A DNA stretch of 64,000 nucleotides from an uncultured Polyangiaceae bacterium (GCA_964648165.1 CAZYKT010000001.1:27258-91257); one strand, 5' to 3'. Shown: positions 48,901 through 58,277, counted from the stretch's first letter. Notes: generated from the letters alone by a model not told the origin. Translations and numbers: made by a program.

Positions 48901-50480
48901 CCGGCACGCCGTTGGCACGGGGACTGACCGCAGCCATCGTGGCGCGCCATCTGGAGGCGGGTGGCAATCGGGATCGCGCGGCGGACCATTACCTGGAGGC
49001 GGGCCGCACCGCCCACTCCAGTTACCAGTTGCGCCTGGCGCGGCGCTACATGCGCAGGGTGCTCAAGCTTTCAGCGGTAGACGACCCGCGCAAGTTCGAA
49101 GCGTACGAGGCCTTGGAGGCGATGGCGCGGGTCCAAGGGCAATGGCGGGAACGTCGGGCCCATCTCGCGGTGATGCGCCGCATGGCCCGCACCCTGGGCA
49201 GGCCAGGCTGGGCGGCCACGGCCCTGATGCGTACCGCCCGTTTCGACGTTGACGAGGGGCGATTGGCGAAGGGTTTGACGGCAGCCCAGCGCGCCGAGAA
49301 TCTGGCGCGGGTCTCGGGCCATGCCGTGGATCAGGTCCAAGCCGAGGCGCTGGTTGGAGAGATCCTACGAGACCTCGGGGACATGCAGGGTGCTTTGGCT
49401 GCGGTCGATCGAGCCCTTCAGTCGGCCGACGATCCCCAGGTGCCGGTTCGGCTACGGGCCGAGGTCCTGCGCGCCAAAGGGACCTTGCTCAGACGGGTGG
49501 GTCGCGTTCACGAGGCCATCGAGGCTCACGCCGAGGCAATCGCCGTCTTCCGCAGGGTGGGAGCGCGCCGGATGGAGGCCCAGGCCAAGAACTCCCTGGC
49601 CTACGCCCTGCATGTCCTGGGGCGTTATGAGGATGCAATCGCTCTCGGTCTGGACGCCATTCGGATCGACCTTTCCATTGGCGGCAGACTGCAGATCGCC
49701 AAGACGCTCAGCAACATCGGTCAGTCCTACGCAGCGTTGGGTGATTCCCAACGGGGGCTTCTGTACCTACGTCGGGCCCGGAAAGCCCACGACAGCTACG
49801 GGGACCAGGACTGCAAAACGGACACGCTGTTGAGCATGGCCGAACTGTTGCTGGAGCTGGGCAATCTCGACGAAGTCGAGGAGATCATCCAGGAAGCGAC
49901 CGCCATCAATGTGGTGACGGGCAGCGCCTATGACACCGCGCACGAGAAGATCGTTCGGGCCATCCTGGCTCGCGAGTCCGGTGATGCGGCCACCGCGGTC
50001 ATGTACGCCTTCGATGCCCGACAGCTGGCCGAGGCTCAGGCCTACGTGGCGTTCCATTTCTACGCCATGGCCGTGGAGGCCGCAGCGCGTGTCGATATCG
50101 GTGAGCAGCACAGTGGGATCCTATTGGCCACGACGGCCATGGGGGCCATGGGGACCATCCAGGGATCGGAGTATGGCCTTTTGACCCGCTATTTGTGCTG
50201 TGGGGCCCTGCGTCGAGCGGGTTCTCCCCAGGCCGATGAGATGACAGTGCGCTCGGCAGCCTGGGTGCGTGAGCTCAAAGAATCGATTCGCGACCCGGAA
50301 CTCCGACGGATCTTCTCGATCCGAGCGCCAGCGCTGGCGCTCTTGACTGCGACCACGCCAGCGGAGAGTGCCAAACCTGCTGCGGAGGATGCGCCCAAAC
50401 CCGACGGCGAGCCCTCGACCCAGCCGCCTGCGCCGGATTCGTCCCAAGTCAATCCCAAGGACGCCTCGTCCCGCCCTTGA
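45975..50480 (+). CDS. Multidomain Ser/Thr kinase: kinase, degenerate class-III cyclase-like domain, STAND/AAA P-loop NTPase, TPR array
   Basis: Kinase: GVGGMAEVFLA, VVKRV, HRDVSPQNIL, IADFGIA, YMSPEQ. Cyclase-like: RHVAVLSLQLHGVEQLAE...ASIGIVRGIATG, which lacks the FaD metal-binding Asp. NTPase: LVGRDAELGELH...VVAGEMGIGKTALVNAF. The C-terminal ~550 aa are TPR-like. The start could instead be the GTG at 45894. Confidence 0.9.
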   Translation: MPDDISPLPKRLADFEVIRRLGVGGMAEVFLAKKKGAEGTYKLLVVKRVLPQYGQSRRFRTMFAEEAMLATRLNHPNIVQVYEFQDYGDEGQLLSMEYVEGPDLRKVIRAARSKRSRLPPYVAAYLISEVAKGLHYAHERKDERGNPMEIVHRDVSPQNILLTFEGAVKIADFGIASANLFRQEPGVLKGKTAYMSPEQARAEMVDRRTDIYSLGVVFHELLTGRPLHGAAEGAELLEAVRAGQVEPPSTFAREIPSELETIVMKALARSRDDRFATARDLAAAITRALFQAQQLIDSHVVETILSQIVSREHTSPGFVAPADSLPGPDDGSRSASRSGMGSAPTGGSEAVLDSPRAIEQVSNRPRRGRPEHEVRHVAVLSLQLHGVEQLAEAVGANEAARFVEQLRTTLGEIAYKRGARLAWHQERAVLGDHLIPTGGATAVVGLLANPGRAAADAARLASDIHEAVQGACDDMPVELQASIGIVRGIATGKRDRAGHLVSHSIHDPALDLARMLGQQAPAGGTWVAGGLYRLVRRDFIWSDAPTIALEGQRDRQMPENMRIYALVRPLTREEKLQDPELGSAGDLVGRDAELGELHAAFHAAVYGASHPNGRVEARVVAGEMGIGKTALVNAFALELPEGTTVVRAECNPARTEVPFTLIGDWLRDLAGLSQETTREVAQERLSELMSGFDLGESRDSIIDRLAAMLGGQIAAAVDEGDAAQNRRLLAAGLRAFVARKAIENPVVMIAENLQWTDRPSLETIQELMRWNDVWPVLFVFVTRSGERVAPFVDGLVRIELRELTPEQQVTLLKMRLGAARGVEPICADLSPRIGGNPFFLLELVDSLLERGALELREGSDRGLELCRAEGTEGLAQSLPSTLEQLVADRLDELPSEEQLVVEWLAVAGGPMAGSDLRALVGSLAEDAITRLCARGVCDIRQDIVDVRHPVTRDVAYSCLDARAKRDLHNRLGEHLAGTPLARGLTAAIVARHLEAGGNRDRAADHYLEAGRTAHSSYQLRLARRYMRRVLKLSAVDDPRKFEAYEALEAMARVQGQWRERRAHLAVMRRMARTLGRPGWAATALMRTARFDVDEGRLAKGLTAAQRAENLARVSGHAVDQVQAEALVGEILRDLGDMQGALAAVDRALQSADDPQVPVRLRAEVLRAKGTLLRRVGRVHEAIEAHAEAIAVFRRVGARRMEAQAKNSLAYALHVLGRYEDAIALGLDAIRIDLSIGGRLQIAKTLSNIGQSYAALGDSQRGLLYLRRARKAHDSYGDQDCKTDTLLSMAELLLELGNLDEVEEIIQEATAINVVTGSAYDTAHEKIVRAILARESGDAATAVMYAFDARQLAEAQAYVAFHFYAMAVEAAARVDIGEQHSGILLATTAMGAMGTIQGSEYGLLTRYLCCGALRRAGSPQADEMTVRSAAWVRELKESIRDPELRRIFSIRAPALALLTATTPAESAKPAAEDAPKPDGEPSTQPPAPDSSQVNPKDASSRP

Positions 50481-50551
50481 GGCAGCGGCGCTGCTCGCAC
50501 GTCGGTGATCCAGAGGCTAACGACCCAGTGCTCGGCGGGCAACCAAGCCCC

Positions 50552-52789
50552 TCAAGTCGGGGTTGCAGCCAAAAACTCGGCCATGACCTTGCGGGTTCCG
50601 AACCCAGGGAAGCACGCCACCACCATCTGAGACCCGTTGCCCATCTCGACGTTCTCGACTCGACCCTTGCCGAACCGGGCGTGCCAAACGGCTTGGCCCC
50701 GGCGGAACGCCGGGGCCGAAGGGGGCAGGTCGTCAAACGCAGTCCGATCGATGGTGCGTGTCTCGACGTTGGGCTCGGGGCGTGACGCCATCGGCCCCCG
50801 CGTGGGTGGGCAGGACCAGGGGGGCGTCCGCCCGCCCTCAATAGCGCCGGCGCCGAACGTCGCCACCGATTGCTCGTCAACGACGGCCTCCGGGAGATCG
50901 TGCAAGAACGTGCTCTTTTTCAGATAGCGAGTCTGACCGAATAGGGTTCGCTGCCAGGCGTAGGTGATCACCAGATGGCGGCGGGCCCGGGTGAGGGCAA
51001 CATAGGCGAGGCGGCGCTCCTCCTCCAGCTCCTCCGGCCCCTCCGCGTCCAATCTCCGGTAGGGGAACACGTCGTCTTCCATGCCGGTAAGAAAGACCGT
51101 GTCGAACTCCAACCCCTTGGCCGCGTGCACCGTCATCAGGGACACGCGCCCCCCTTCGGTGAGGCTATCCGTGGCATTAACCAGGGAAACCCGTTCAAGA
51201 TAAGCGGTCAAGGTTGGCGTCTGACCTGCCTGCTGCAGCTCCGCCTCGTGCTCGGCAATCGAGCCGAGCAATTCCTCGACATTGCCCAGTCGAGCATCAG
51301 CCTCGGCGCTGTCCTGCAGTTCCAGGGATCGTCGATATCCCGACTCTTCCACCACGGTGGACGCCAGTTGATGAGGCGAAACGTCCGTGCCATTGCGTTG
51401 CCAGCTGCGAACCTGGTCACGGAACGCACAGAGCTTGGTCCGAGCCGCCGAGGCCAAGGTCGAATCGACCACCAGGTCGTCCAGGCACTCGAACAGGGGC
51501 TTGGCACAGCGCAGTGCCGTCTCGATGAGACGCTCGATGCTCCGGGCTCCGATGCCGCGGGGGGGGACGTTGATGATGCGCAGAAGATCCGCATCACTGC
51601 GGGGATTGTCGATCAGGCGCAGGTAGGCGAGGACATCCTTGACCTCGGCCCGGTCGAAGAAGCGAGTTCCCCCCACGACCTGGTAGGGGAGCTCAGCGCC
51701 ACGCAGGGCCTCTTCCAGGACCCGTGATTGAGCGTGGACCCGGTAGAACACCGCTACCTCCTTGGGATCCAGGCCTTGCCCGAGGCGCGCGCGAATCCGC
51801 TCGCACACCCAGGCGGCCTCCTGCCGCTCGTCGGTGAGGCCGCGTACCATCACCGGGGAACCCGGCTCCTGCTCCGTCCACAACTGCTTGGGCTCACGGG
51901 TCGCGGAGGGCTCAATCACGGCCAGAGCGGCCTTGACGATGTTGCCGGTGGAGCGGTAATTCTGTTCCAGCTTGATGACCTGAGCGTCCGCGAAGTCCTT
52001 GCGAAAGCCCCGAATGATCCGCACGTCGGCGCCGCGCCACCGGTAAATGGACTGGTCATCGTCGCCAACGACACACAAGTTCCGGCTCTGTGCGCTCAGT
52101 GCTCGCAGGATACGATACTGGACCAGGTTGGTGTCCTGGAACTCATCGACCAACAGGTACTGAAAACGGTCTCGGAGCTCCCGACCCGCGGCAGCGTCGG
52201 CCTGTTCGACCAGATGCATGACGTGCAGGAGCAGATCCTCGAAATCAACGGCATTCGAGGTGGCGAGGGACTGTTGGTAGCGACCGATCAGGGCAGCGAC
52301 ACGATCGTCCGCGAGCGGACCAGCCAGGGTGGACAGGTTGATGGCGCCCTCCTGCTTGAGACTCCGAATCTTGGACAAGAGCCACTTGGGTGGGATGTCC
52401 CGATCGCTCAGCTGCATCTCCCGCAGCAAGCGCTGGACGACTGCCTTCTGATCGGATTCGTCGTAGATGACGAAGTTTCGCTCCAGCCCCACATCGGCAT
52501 GGTACCGACGCAGAAGCTTGGCACAGGTGGCGTGGAAGGTGCCCACCCAGAGATCGCGGGTCAGCGCCTCGCCCACCAGTTGATGGAGGCGCTCCCGCAT
52601 CTCGGCGGCTGCCTTGTTGGTGAAGGTGACGGCCAGGACTCGGTAAGGCGGCACACCGAGCGAGAGCAGATGAGCGATCCGGTAGATGATGGTACGCGTC
52701 TTGCCGCTTCCCGCCCCCGCAAAGACCAGCACGGGACCCGACACTTGCGCTACGGCCTGGGCCTGGGCAGGGTTGAGCTCGACCGTCAT
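50552..52789 (-). CDS. uvrD: UvrD/PcrA-type ATP-dependent DNA helicase
   Basis: LNPAQAQAV, FAGAGSGKT, LLVDEFQDTN, QNYRST, TVHAAKGLEFD and VALTRAR, plus a C-terminal Tudor-like tail GQAVWHARFGKGRVENV. I moved the start to the ATG at 52789. Confidence 0.92.
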   Translation of the reverse strand: MTVELNPAQAQAVAQVSGPVLVFAGAGSGKTRTIIYRIAHLLSLGVPPYRVLAVTFTNKAAAEMRERLHQLVGEALTRDLWVGTFHATCAKLLRRYHADVGLERNFVIYDESDQKAVVQRLLREMQLSDRDIPPKWLLSKIRSLKQEGAINLSTLAGPLADDRVAALIGRYQQSLATSNAVDFEDLLLHVMHLVEQADAAAGRELRDRFQYLLVDEFQDTNLVQYRILRALSAQSRNLCVVGDDDQSIYRWRGADVRIIRGFRKDFADAQVIKLEQNYRSTGNIVKAALAVIEPSATREPKQLWTEQEPGSPVMVRGLTDERQEAAWVCERIRARLGQGLDPKEVAVFYRVHAQSRVLEEALRGAELPYQVVGGTRFFDRAEVKDVLAYLRLIDNPRSDADLLRIINVPPRGIGARSIERLIETALRCAKPLFECLDDLVVDSTLASAARTKLCAFRDQVRSWQRNGTDVSPHQLASTVVEESGYRRSLELQDSAEADARLGNVEELLGSIAEHEAELQQAGQTPTLTAYLERVSLVNATDSLTEGGRVSLMTVHAAKGLEFDTVFLTGMEDDVFPYRRLDAEGPEELEEERRLAYVALTRARRHLVITYAWQRTLFGQTRYLKKSTFLHDLPEAVVDEQSVATFGAGAIEGGRTPPWSCPPTRGPMASRPEPNVETRTIDRTAFDDLPPSAPAFRRGQAVWHARFGKGRVENVEMGNGSQMVVACFPGFGTRKVMAEFLAATPT

Positions 52790-52958
52790 GATGCGTCTCG
52801 GTGGCCGCCAGCGTTTAGCGCCGTTCCACCGAACCGTCGAGTCATCCCGTGGCGTGGCGCAAATCACGGCCATTGTGGACCATCCAGGCTCGCGGATTTG
52901 CTTGGAACGGCCTGTTGGATATGCAAGACTCCGCACCACTGACGACTAGGAGTATCCC

Positions 52959-54380
52959 ATGGCCAATCCCTGGACGAGACAGGCTCTGTTGCTCGGCGCT
53001 CTGGTAGCAGCGATGGCGGCAGCCTGTAGCCAATCAGATGCAGACGTAGCGAGGAAGAAGCTCGCCGAGTACGTTCTGGACCAGGCACCCGAAATCCCCA
53101 AGGCAGCCAATGTTCCGTTCGGCAAGGCGCTGACACTCCTGGGAACCAAGCTGGAGGCTCCCAAAGAAGTGAAAGGCGGAGAGGCGATTCGCCTGACCCT
53201 GTACTGGCGGGCGGAGGCCGATCTGGAATCGGGTTGGGAGCTGTCATCGGAGCTGGTCGATGAGAAGGGCAAGTCCGTTATGGACCTGAGTGGCAGCGGC
53301 CCGCTCAGGCGGCGTTTCCGCAAACACCAGATCCTGCCGCCGGGTGAATGGGAGAAGGGCAAGATCTACGTCGACGAGGTGTCCTTCAAGGTGCCTGCCA
53401 AAATCACGGCCAAGACCCTCAGCGTCATGGTTGGTGTCGAGCGCGAAAAGGAGAAGCTTACCCCCCAGTCCGAGCGCGGCGTGAAGAAAGGCCGTCTCAT
53501 CGTGGCGGATCTCAAGACCAAGGTTGCTGGCAAGCCCGCCAAGCGCAAGACGCCGACTTTCCACATCGGGCGCCTGCCTGAGGGCGCCAAGATCACGGTG
53601 GATGGGAAGCTCGAGGAGGCCGCCTGGCAGGCTGCTCCGGCCCCGGCAGTGTTCGTCAACCCCGCCACGGGCAAGGCACCTGCCGAGACGACCTGGTACG
53701 GCAAGGCCAAGGCATTGTGGGATGATCAACGCCTCTATCTCGCCTTCGAGGTTACCGACGACGACTTGCAGGGCGGCTTCCCCAAGCTCTCCAAGGACGC
53801 TCCGTTGTGGAAACGCGATGCGGTCGAGGTTCTGATCCAGCCGGCCGCGGCAGCGCCCGGCGCGGCACCGACCACGGTTCGGTTGTTGGTTTCGCCACAG
53901 AAGCTCCTGTTCGATGAACAGGTTCAGCCCGCCGCTGCGCCGGCACCCGCGGCCGCCGATGCGGGGGCTCCGGTGGCGGCCAGTGCTTCCAGTGCGACGC
54001 CAGGCAATTGGGAGTCGAAGGCCAGCTACGGCGTGCGCTTGGACGGCACGCTGGATGACGCTCGTGACGTGGATCGCGGATTCACGATCGAGCTGGCGCT
54101 GCCGTTCCAGTCGCTGCTGGCCTCGGAGGCCGCGCCGGTTCAGGCCGGTGCCGCCTGGAAGGGGAATTTCGGCCTGACCAGCCAGGGCAATCGCCTCGTC
54201 TGGTCCGCCCCAGCCAAGGGCGGGGCTCTGGAGAGTCCGAAGTTCTTTGGGAGATGGACGTTCGACGGGGCACCCGTTGCCGCGGTTGCGGCGGCTTCGG
54301 CGGCCCCCCCAGCGAATGCCGCCCCGCCACCCGCGCCTTTGGCACCCACCGAGACGGACGAGCCCGCCAAACAGCACTGA
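52959..54380 (+). CDS. Lipoprotein with a CBM9/DOMON-like carbohydrate-binding-type domain
   Basis: AGGAG lies 6 nt upstream of the ATG. The lipobox is LVAAMAAAC. The N-terminal domain (IRLTLYWRAEADLESGWELSSELVD...PPGEWEKGKIYVDEV) resembles the extracytoplasmic domain seen on GT39-like enzymes. The central ITVDGKLEEAAWQAAPA...ALWDDQRLYLAFEVTDDDL...WKRDAVEVLIQP fits CBM9-like modules. The tail is Ala/Pro-rich. Confidence 0.6.
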   Translation: MANPWTRQALLLGALVAAMAAACSQSDADVARKKLAEYVLDQAPEIPKAANVPFGKALTLLGTKLEAPKEVKGGEAIRLTLYWRAEADLESGWELSSELVDEKGKSVMDLSGSGPLRRRFRKHQILPPGEWEKGKIYVDEVSFKVPAKITAKTLSVMVGVEREKEKLTPQSERGVKKGRLIVADLKTKVAGKPAKRKTPTFHIGRLPEGAKITVDGKLEEAAWQAAPAPAVFVNPATGKAPAETTWYGKAKALWDDQRLYLAFEVTDDDLQGGFPKLSKDAPLWKRDAVEVLIQPAAAAPGAAPTTVRLLVSPQKLLFDEQVQPAAAPAPAAADAGAPVAASASSATPGNWESKASYGVRLDGTLDDARDVDRGFTIELALPFQSLLASEAAPVQAGAAWKGNFGLTSQGNRLVWSAPAKGGALESPKFFGRWTFDGAPVAAVAAASAAPPANAAPPPAPLAPTETDEPAKQH

Positions 54381-54441
54381 TTCCGGGATGGGCCTCGACC
54401 CGGTTTCGTGCCTTGGCGCACCGCGTGGTAAGGGGTGAAAG

Positions 54442-55251
54442 GTGAGCGAGGAGCCAGCCCGGAAGGCAGGTGCCGTGCGCCGATTGACGGGCGCTCTGTT
54501 CAGCCCGGTGCTGACAGTTCTGGATGGGTTTGGCTCCGTGCTGCTCCTGACCGGGCGGGCCTTGGCGGGAGCTGTGACGCCGCCCTTCCGCCTGATGGAG
54601 CTGCTACGGGCCATGGAGTTCATCGGCGTGCAGTCGGTGTTCATCGTGGCACTCACCGGCGTGTTTAGCGGCATGGTCCTGGCATTGCAGATGGTCTACG
54701 CCCTGCGCCAGTTCAGTGCCGAGGCGACGGTGGGGTCAATCGTGGCCATCGCCTTGACGCGAGAGATGAGTCCAGTCTTCGCTGCACTGATGGTGAACGC
54801 TCGAGCTGGCAGCGCCATGGCGGCGGAGCTCGGCAATATGCGAATCACGGAACAGATTGACGCCCTGACCACCATGGCGGTCAATCCAGTGCAGTTTTTG
54901 GTGACCCCGCGGCTGCTGGCCTGCGTCCTGATGCTTCCGTTCCTTTGTGTTCTGTACACCTGTGTGGGGATGGCTGGTGCCTGGTTCGTTGCCGTGAATC
55001 TGCTCAGCGTCGATCCTGGGGTCTTCATTGCCAATATCGAGAAGTTCCTGACCATGGATGACTTCTACATGGGGGAAGTCAAGGCGGCGGTGTTCGGTCT
55101 TTTGATTGCAACCATCTCGTGCCACCAGGGTTTTTTCGCCAGCGGTGGAGCACGGGGCGTGGGACAGGCGACCACCCGGGCCGTGGTGCAGAGCGCTGTG
55201 TCGCTCCTCATCGCCAACTACCTCATCACCAGTTGGCTGACTCCAGTCTAG
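54442..55251 (+). CDS. mlaE: MlaE-family ABC transporter permease
   Basis: Typical MlaE/YrbE blocks: LLRAMEFIGVQSVFIVALTG, GSIVAIALTREMSPVFAALMV, AELGNMRITEQIDALTTMAVNPVQFLVTPRLLA and QGFFASGGARGVGQATTRAVV. GTG start. Confidence 0.85.
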   Translation: MSEEPARKAGAVRRLTGALFSPVLTVLDGFGSVLLLTGRALAGAVTPPFRLMELLRAMEFIGVQSVFIVALTGVFSGMVLALQMVYALRQFSAEATVGSIVAIALTREMSPVFAALMVNARAGSAMAAELGNMRITEQIDALTTMAVNPVQFLVTPRLLACVLMLPFLCVLYTCVGMAGAWFVAVNLLSVDPGVFIANIEKFLTMDDFYMGEVKAAVFGLLIATISCHQGFFASGGARGVGQATTRAVVQSAVSLLIANYLITSWLTPV

Positions 55252-55253
55252 CC

Positions 55254-58200
55254 ATGGGCCTTCGGACTTGGCCTCGAGTGCAGGGATGGCGGTGTTGGGC
55301 GTCCCTTGGTCTTCTGGTCTGCGCCTGTCGAACCGGAGCATCGACGGGGGGGGCCTGGCCGGTGTCGTCTGGGGCCATTTTTGTGCCTCGCATCGCTGCG
55401 TCGCCTGACGCGGACCCTGAACCGAGGCTCTTCCCCATCCCGGGATTGGAGCCGGCGCGCTGGCTTTCCGCGGAGTTACCGGGACGAGTCCAGCTCATCG
55501 TCGACGGCCAGCGCGTGGTCGTCAACGCGGATGGTTCAGCGGCTGCTGCCCCGGATTGGCTGCCGCTGGGTCGCGAGCTGACCGTGCTGCCTCTGCCCGT
55601 GCGCCTGGGCGGCGGATATGCTTTCGCCTTTCGCTCCCAGGACGATGTGCATCTGTATCGCACCAAGGAGTTCCTGGGTCGTCTCCAGCCGGTCGGGCGT
55701 TTCGATGTTCCCGCCCAGGACGTAGCGGTCGGATTCGAGGGCCTCCTTCTGACGGTCCGTGACACTGGGCTGGTCGTCGCCGTCGACCCACAGACTGGTC
55801 GTGCCACCGAAAACCCCCGCCTGCCGCCGGCGCCCGAGTACGGGCCCATCCAGGTTGTCGACGACTGGTTCGGTGCCGTGGTGGATCCGCTCCGTGGCGT
55901 TCTGGTGAGCTTCGACGCGGGGGGCAGCTATCAGGCGACGGGTCTCTATGCAAAATCCCTGGCTGTCGAGAGCAACAGACTTCGTGTCAGCGATGGCCGG
56001 GATCGAGCGTTCGTTGTCGACTCGCAGGGAGGCATCACTCTGTGCCAGAGCGGCGATTGGGTGTCAACTCCGGACGAGAACCAGCTCCGTCTGCTGCGCT
56101 GGAAAACCCAACAGCAAGGGCATCCCTTGGGTGACTGGCCCCTGCAACGAGCCATCGAGATGGGGGCGACCGTCGACGATCGAGTGGCCTGGGTGTTGTC
56201 CGGTGGACGACTCGCTGGCGTGGACATGAGCAGCGGGAGGGTTCTGGCGATGCAGCTCGTTCCCGGTATCGGTTCGAGACCCTGTCCCGCCACTGCCCTG
56301 CGGGATCAGGTTCTGTTCGCGTGCAGCGAGCCCGGCAGAACCACGCTGCTCATGCTGTCCAGGCAGGGCGAATGGCGCCGCTTGGTCGAGCTGATGGGGA
56401 ACCGTCGGACGCTCTCTACCACCCACGACGGGATCGTCCTGTCTGGAGCCTGCGAGGGCTCCGAGCCCGCCCCGCCGGCGTACGCCACGGCGGTGTGTCG
56501 CGTGGATCCTTCGGGCAGCCTGCGATCCTTCGAGCTGGGCGCAGAGACGAATCGAATCCCGATGGCTACCGGAAACGAGCCGGGATTGGTCGTCATCGTG
56601 CCGCCCCGTCCGGGAAGGCCGGGGCGCCTGCGTTGGCCGGGGACGGGTCGGAAGGATACCCCGCTAGCGGTCCTTTCTGACGACTCTCCGGCGATACAAC
56701 ACGTCTTGGTCCACGGACGATGGCTGACCGCCATGGAGCATCCGGATGCGGGTTGGTTCAGCTGGGTGATGGACGACAAGACGTTACTGGGGGTTAACAT
56801 TCAGCCCGACGGAGGCCTGCGCCTCGGCGCCGGGCAGGACCGTCCCGAGTACGCTATGTTTTCGGGGCTGCGGGCCTTGGTCCCAGATAGCTCGGGCTAC
56901 GCCTCGGAGACCATCGACGGTGCAAGGACGTGGCGTAGGGTACCGCTTCCGCTGAACGTGGCGTCCGTCACACCGAGCCAGGCTGGCGGAACCTCTTGTC
57001 AATTCGGGTGCAGCACGGTGGGCTGCCGGCTGGGTGCATGGTTGCGGTTGGGGTGGTCGCATTCATCGTCCGTGACGAGCCTGGACAGTCTGGAGCCTCC
57101 CGCCTCCTTGGTGTTGGAGCGTCGCAATCGTCGTCTGCAGACCCTGCGATGTGTTCGACAGCCCATCGCTCCGTCGGTGCCCAAGGGTTCGGCGCCCCGC
57201 GGCGAAACCGAGTCTCTCCGTCGAGGCGGGGGGCGGTCCTCGAATCGAGGGGTGACCGAGGAGCTGGAGAGCACCGCCTGGTACCCGTTGTACGGTGTGA
57301 CACCGCCCCGTCCGTCATCCGGGCAGATCGGGTTCGACCGAGCCTTCGAGGACCAGCGTTTTGCCCTGCATGCCTACCTGTCGAGCCCTCGTGCCATGCC
57401 ATCGTCGGGGATGGGACAGATGAGCTTGCTGGTCGTCGACCAGCTCGGTTCAGGGGTACCCTGGGTGAGCCGTACCAATCGGGCACCCTTCGCCAATCGC
57501 GAGGTTGCGGCCCGTGCCTTCGGCCACCCGCGCTATGGTCTGTCCGCCAGTCGTTGGGAAGTCATCTTCGATTCCGGCGGAGAGGCGGGGCTCATGGTCA
57601 TGGCGGAGGGATCTCAGACCTATGCCCTGCTCTTCGAAGCGAATCGACCGCTCTCGGAGCTGCCGGCTCTTCTGGACCGCACCCCTCGCCATATCACCGA
57701 TCTGATTCGAACCCGTGACGCCTGGTATCTCCTGGGAACCGAACCGGAGCCGCGGTTGTTCGAGGTTCGCGGCTCCGGGGTGCGAATCCTCGCCGATGCC
57801 GATCCCCGTGCCCGTCTGGGTCGGGCCCATCTGGCCCTCGTCCGGGATTCGGAGGGGAACCGGCTCGCATATCTGACCCGAACTGCGAGGGTACGAAGCG
57901 CCGATGTCGAGTGGCTCCTGTACCCCATCGATCGTGCATCGGGCAGGATCCAGGCTCCCTACAGGATCCCCTGGGAGCAGGGGCTCCGCCGCTGTGAGCT
58001 CGACGAGACGGGATGGCTGGTCAGTGCGGAGCTGGAGTCAATGGTGGATTTTGAGCTCCCGGAGCTCAGCGGGAGCACGCCTCGGGTGATGGGCAAACTG
58101 ATGCTTTCGAGCTCCGGGATCTGCGTGGAGCGCCTTCTGGTCGTGCCGCGAGGAGGGCCCGTGGTGCTCGCGCCGGTTCCTTCCCAATCGGCGCTGACGG

Positions 58201-58268
58201 CCCCCTTCCCGGGCGTGCTCGTGGACGGCGAGGGTCGCCGCCACACCTTGCGCTGCAGCTTGCCTTGA
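55254..58268 (+). CDS. Large lipoprotein (1004 aa) of unknown function, probably beta-rich
   Basis: The ATG at 55254 is 2 nt after the mlaE stop. The signal/lipobox is WASLGLLVCAC. The body is long, Gly/Arg/Val-rich and strand-like, with one Asp-box-like element (ETIDGARTWRRV). I recognise no family. Confidence 0.6.
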   Translation: MGLRTWPRVQGWRCWASLGLLVCACRTGASTGGAWPVSSGAIFVPRIAASPDADPEPRLFPIPGLEPARWLSAELPGRVQLIVDGQRVVVNADGSAAAAPDWLPLGRELTVLPLPVRLGGGYAFAFRSQDDVHLYRTKEFLGRLQPVGRFDVPAQDVAVGFEGLLLTVRDTGLVVAVDPQTGRATENPRLPPAPEYGPIQVVDDWFGAVVDPLRGVLVSFDAGGSYQATGLYAKSLAVESNRLRVSDGRDRAFVVDSQGGITLCQSGDWVSTPDENQLRLLRWKTQQQGHPLGDWPLQRAIEMGATVDDRVAWVLSGGRLAGVDMSSGRVLAMQLVPGIGSRPCPATALRDQVLFACSEPGRTTLLMLSRQGEWRRLVELMGNRRTLSTTHDGIVLSGACEGSEPAPPAYATAVCRVDPSGSLRSFELGAETNRIPMATGNEPGLVVIVPPRPGRPGRLRWPGTGRKDTPLAVLSDDSPAIQHVLVHGRWLTAMEHPDAGWFSWVMDDKTLLGVNIQPDGGLRLGAGQDRPEYAMFSGLRALVPDSSGYASETIDGARTWRRVPLPLNVASVTPSQAGGTSCQFGCSTVGCRLGAWLRLGWSHSSSVTSLDSLEPPASLVLERRNRRLQTLRCVRQPIAPSVPKGSAPRGETESLRRGGGRSSNRGVTEELESTAWYPLYGVTPPRPSSGQIGFDRAFEDQRFALHAYLSSPRAMPSSGMGQMSLLVVDQLGSGVPWVSRTNRAPFANREVAARAFGHPRYGLSASRWEVIFDSGGEAGLMVMAEGSQTYALLFEANRPLSELPALLDRTPRHITDLIRTRDAWYLLGTEPEPRLFEVRGSGVRILADADPRARLGRAHLALVRDSEGNRLAYLTRTARVRSADVEWLLYPIDRASGRIQAPYRIPWEQGLRRCELDETGWLVSAELESMVDFELPELSGSTPRVMGKLMLSSSGICVERLLVVPRGGPVVLAPVPSQSALTAPFPGVLVDGEGRRHTLRCSLP

Positions 58269-58277
58269 GCGCCCAGC

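Noticed and set aside
52874-52882. A lone DnaA-box-like 9-mer, TGTGGACCA, in the uvrD promoter gap
   Set aside because: It is a single 8/9 match with no partner boxes, which is compatible with chance.
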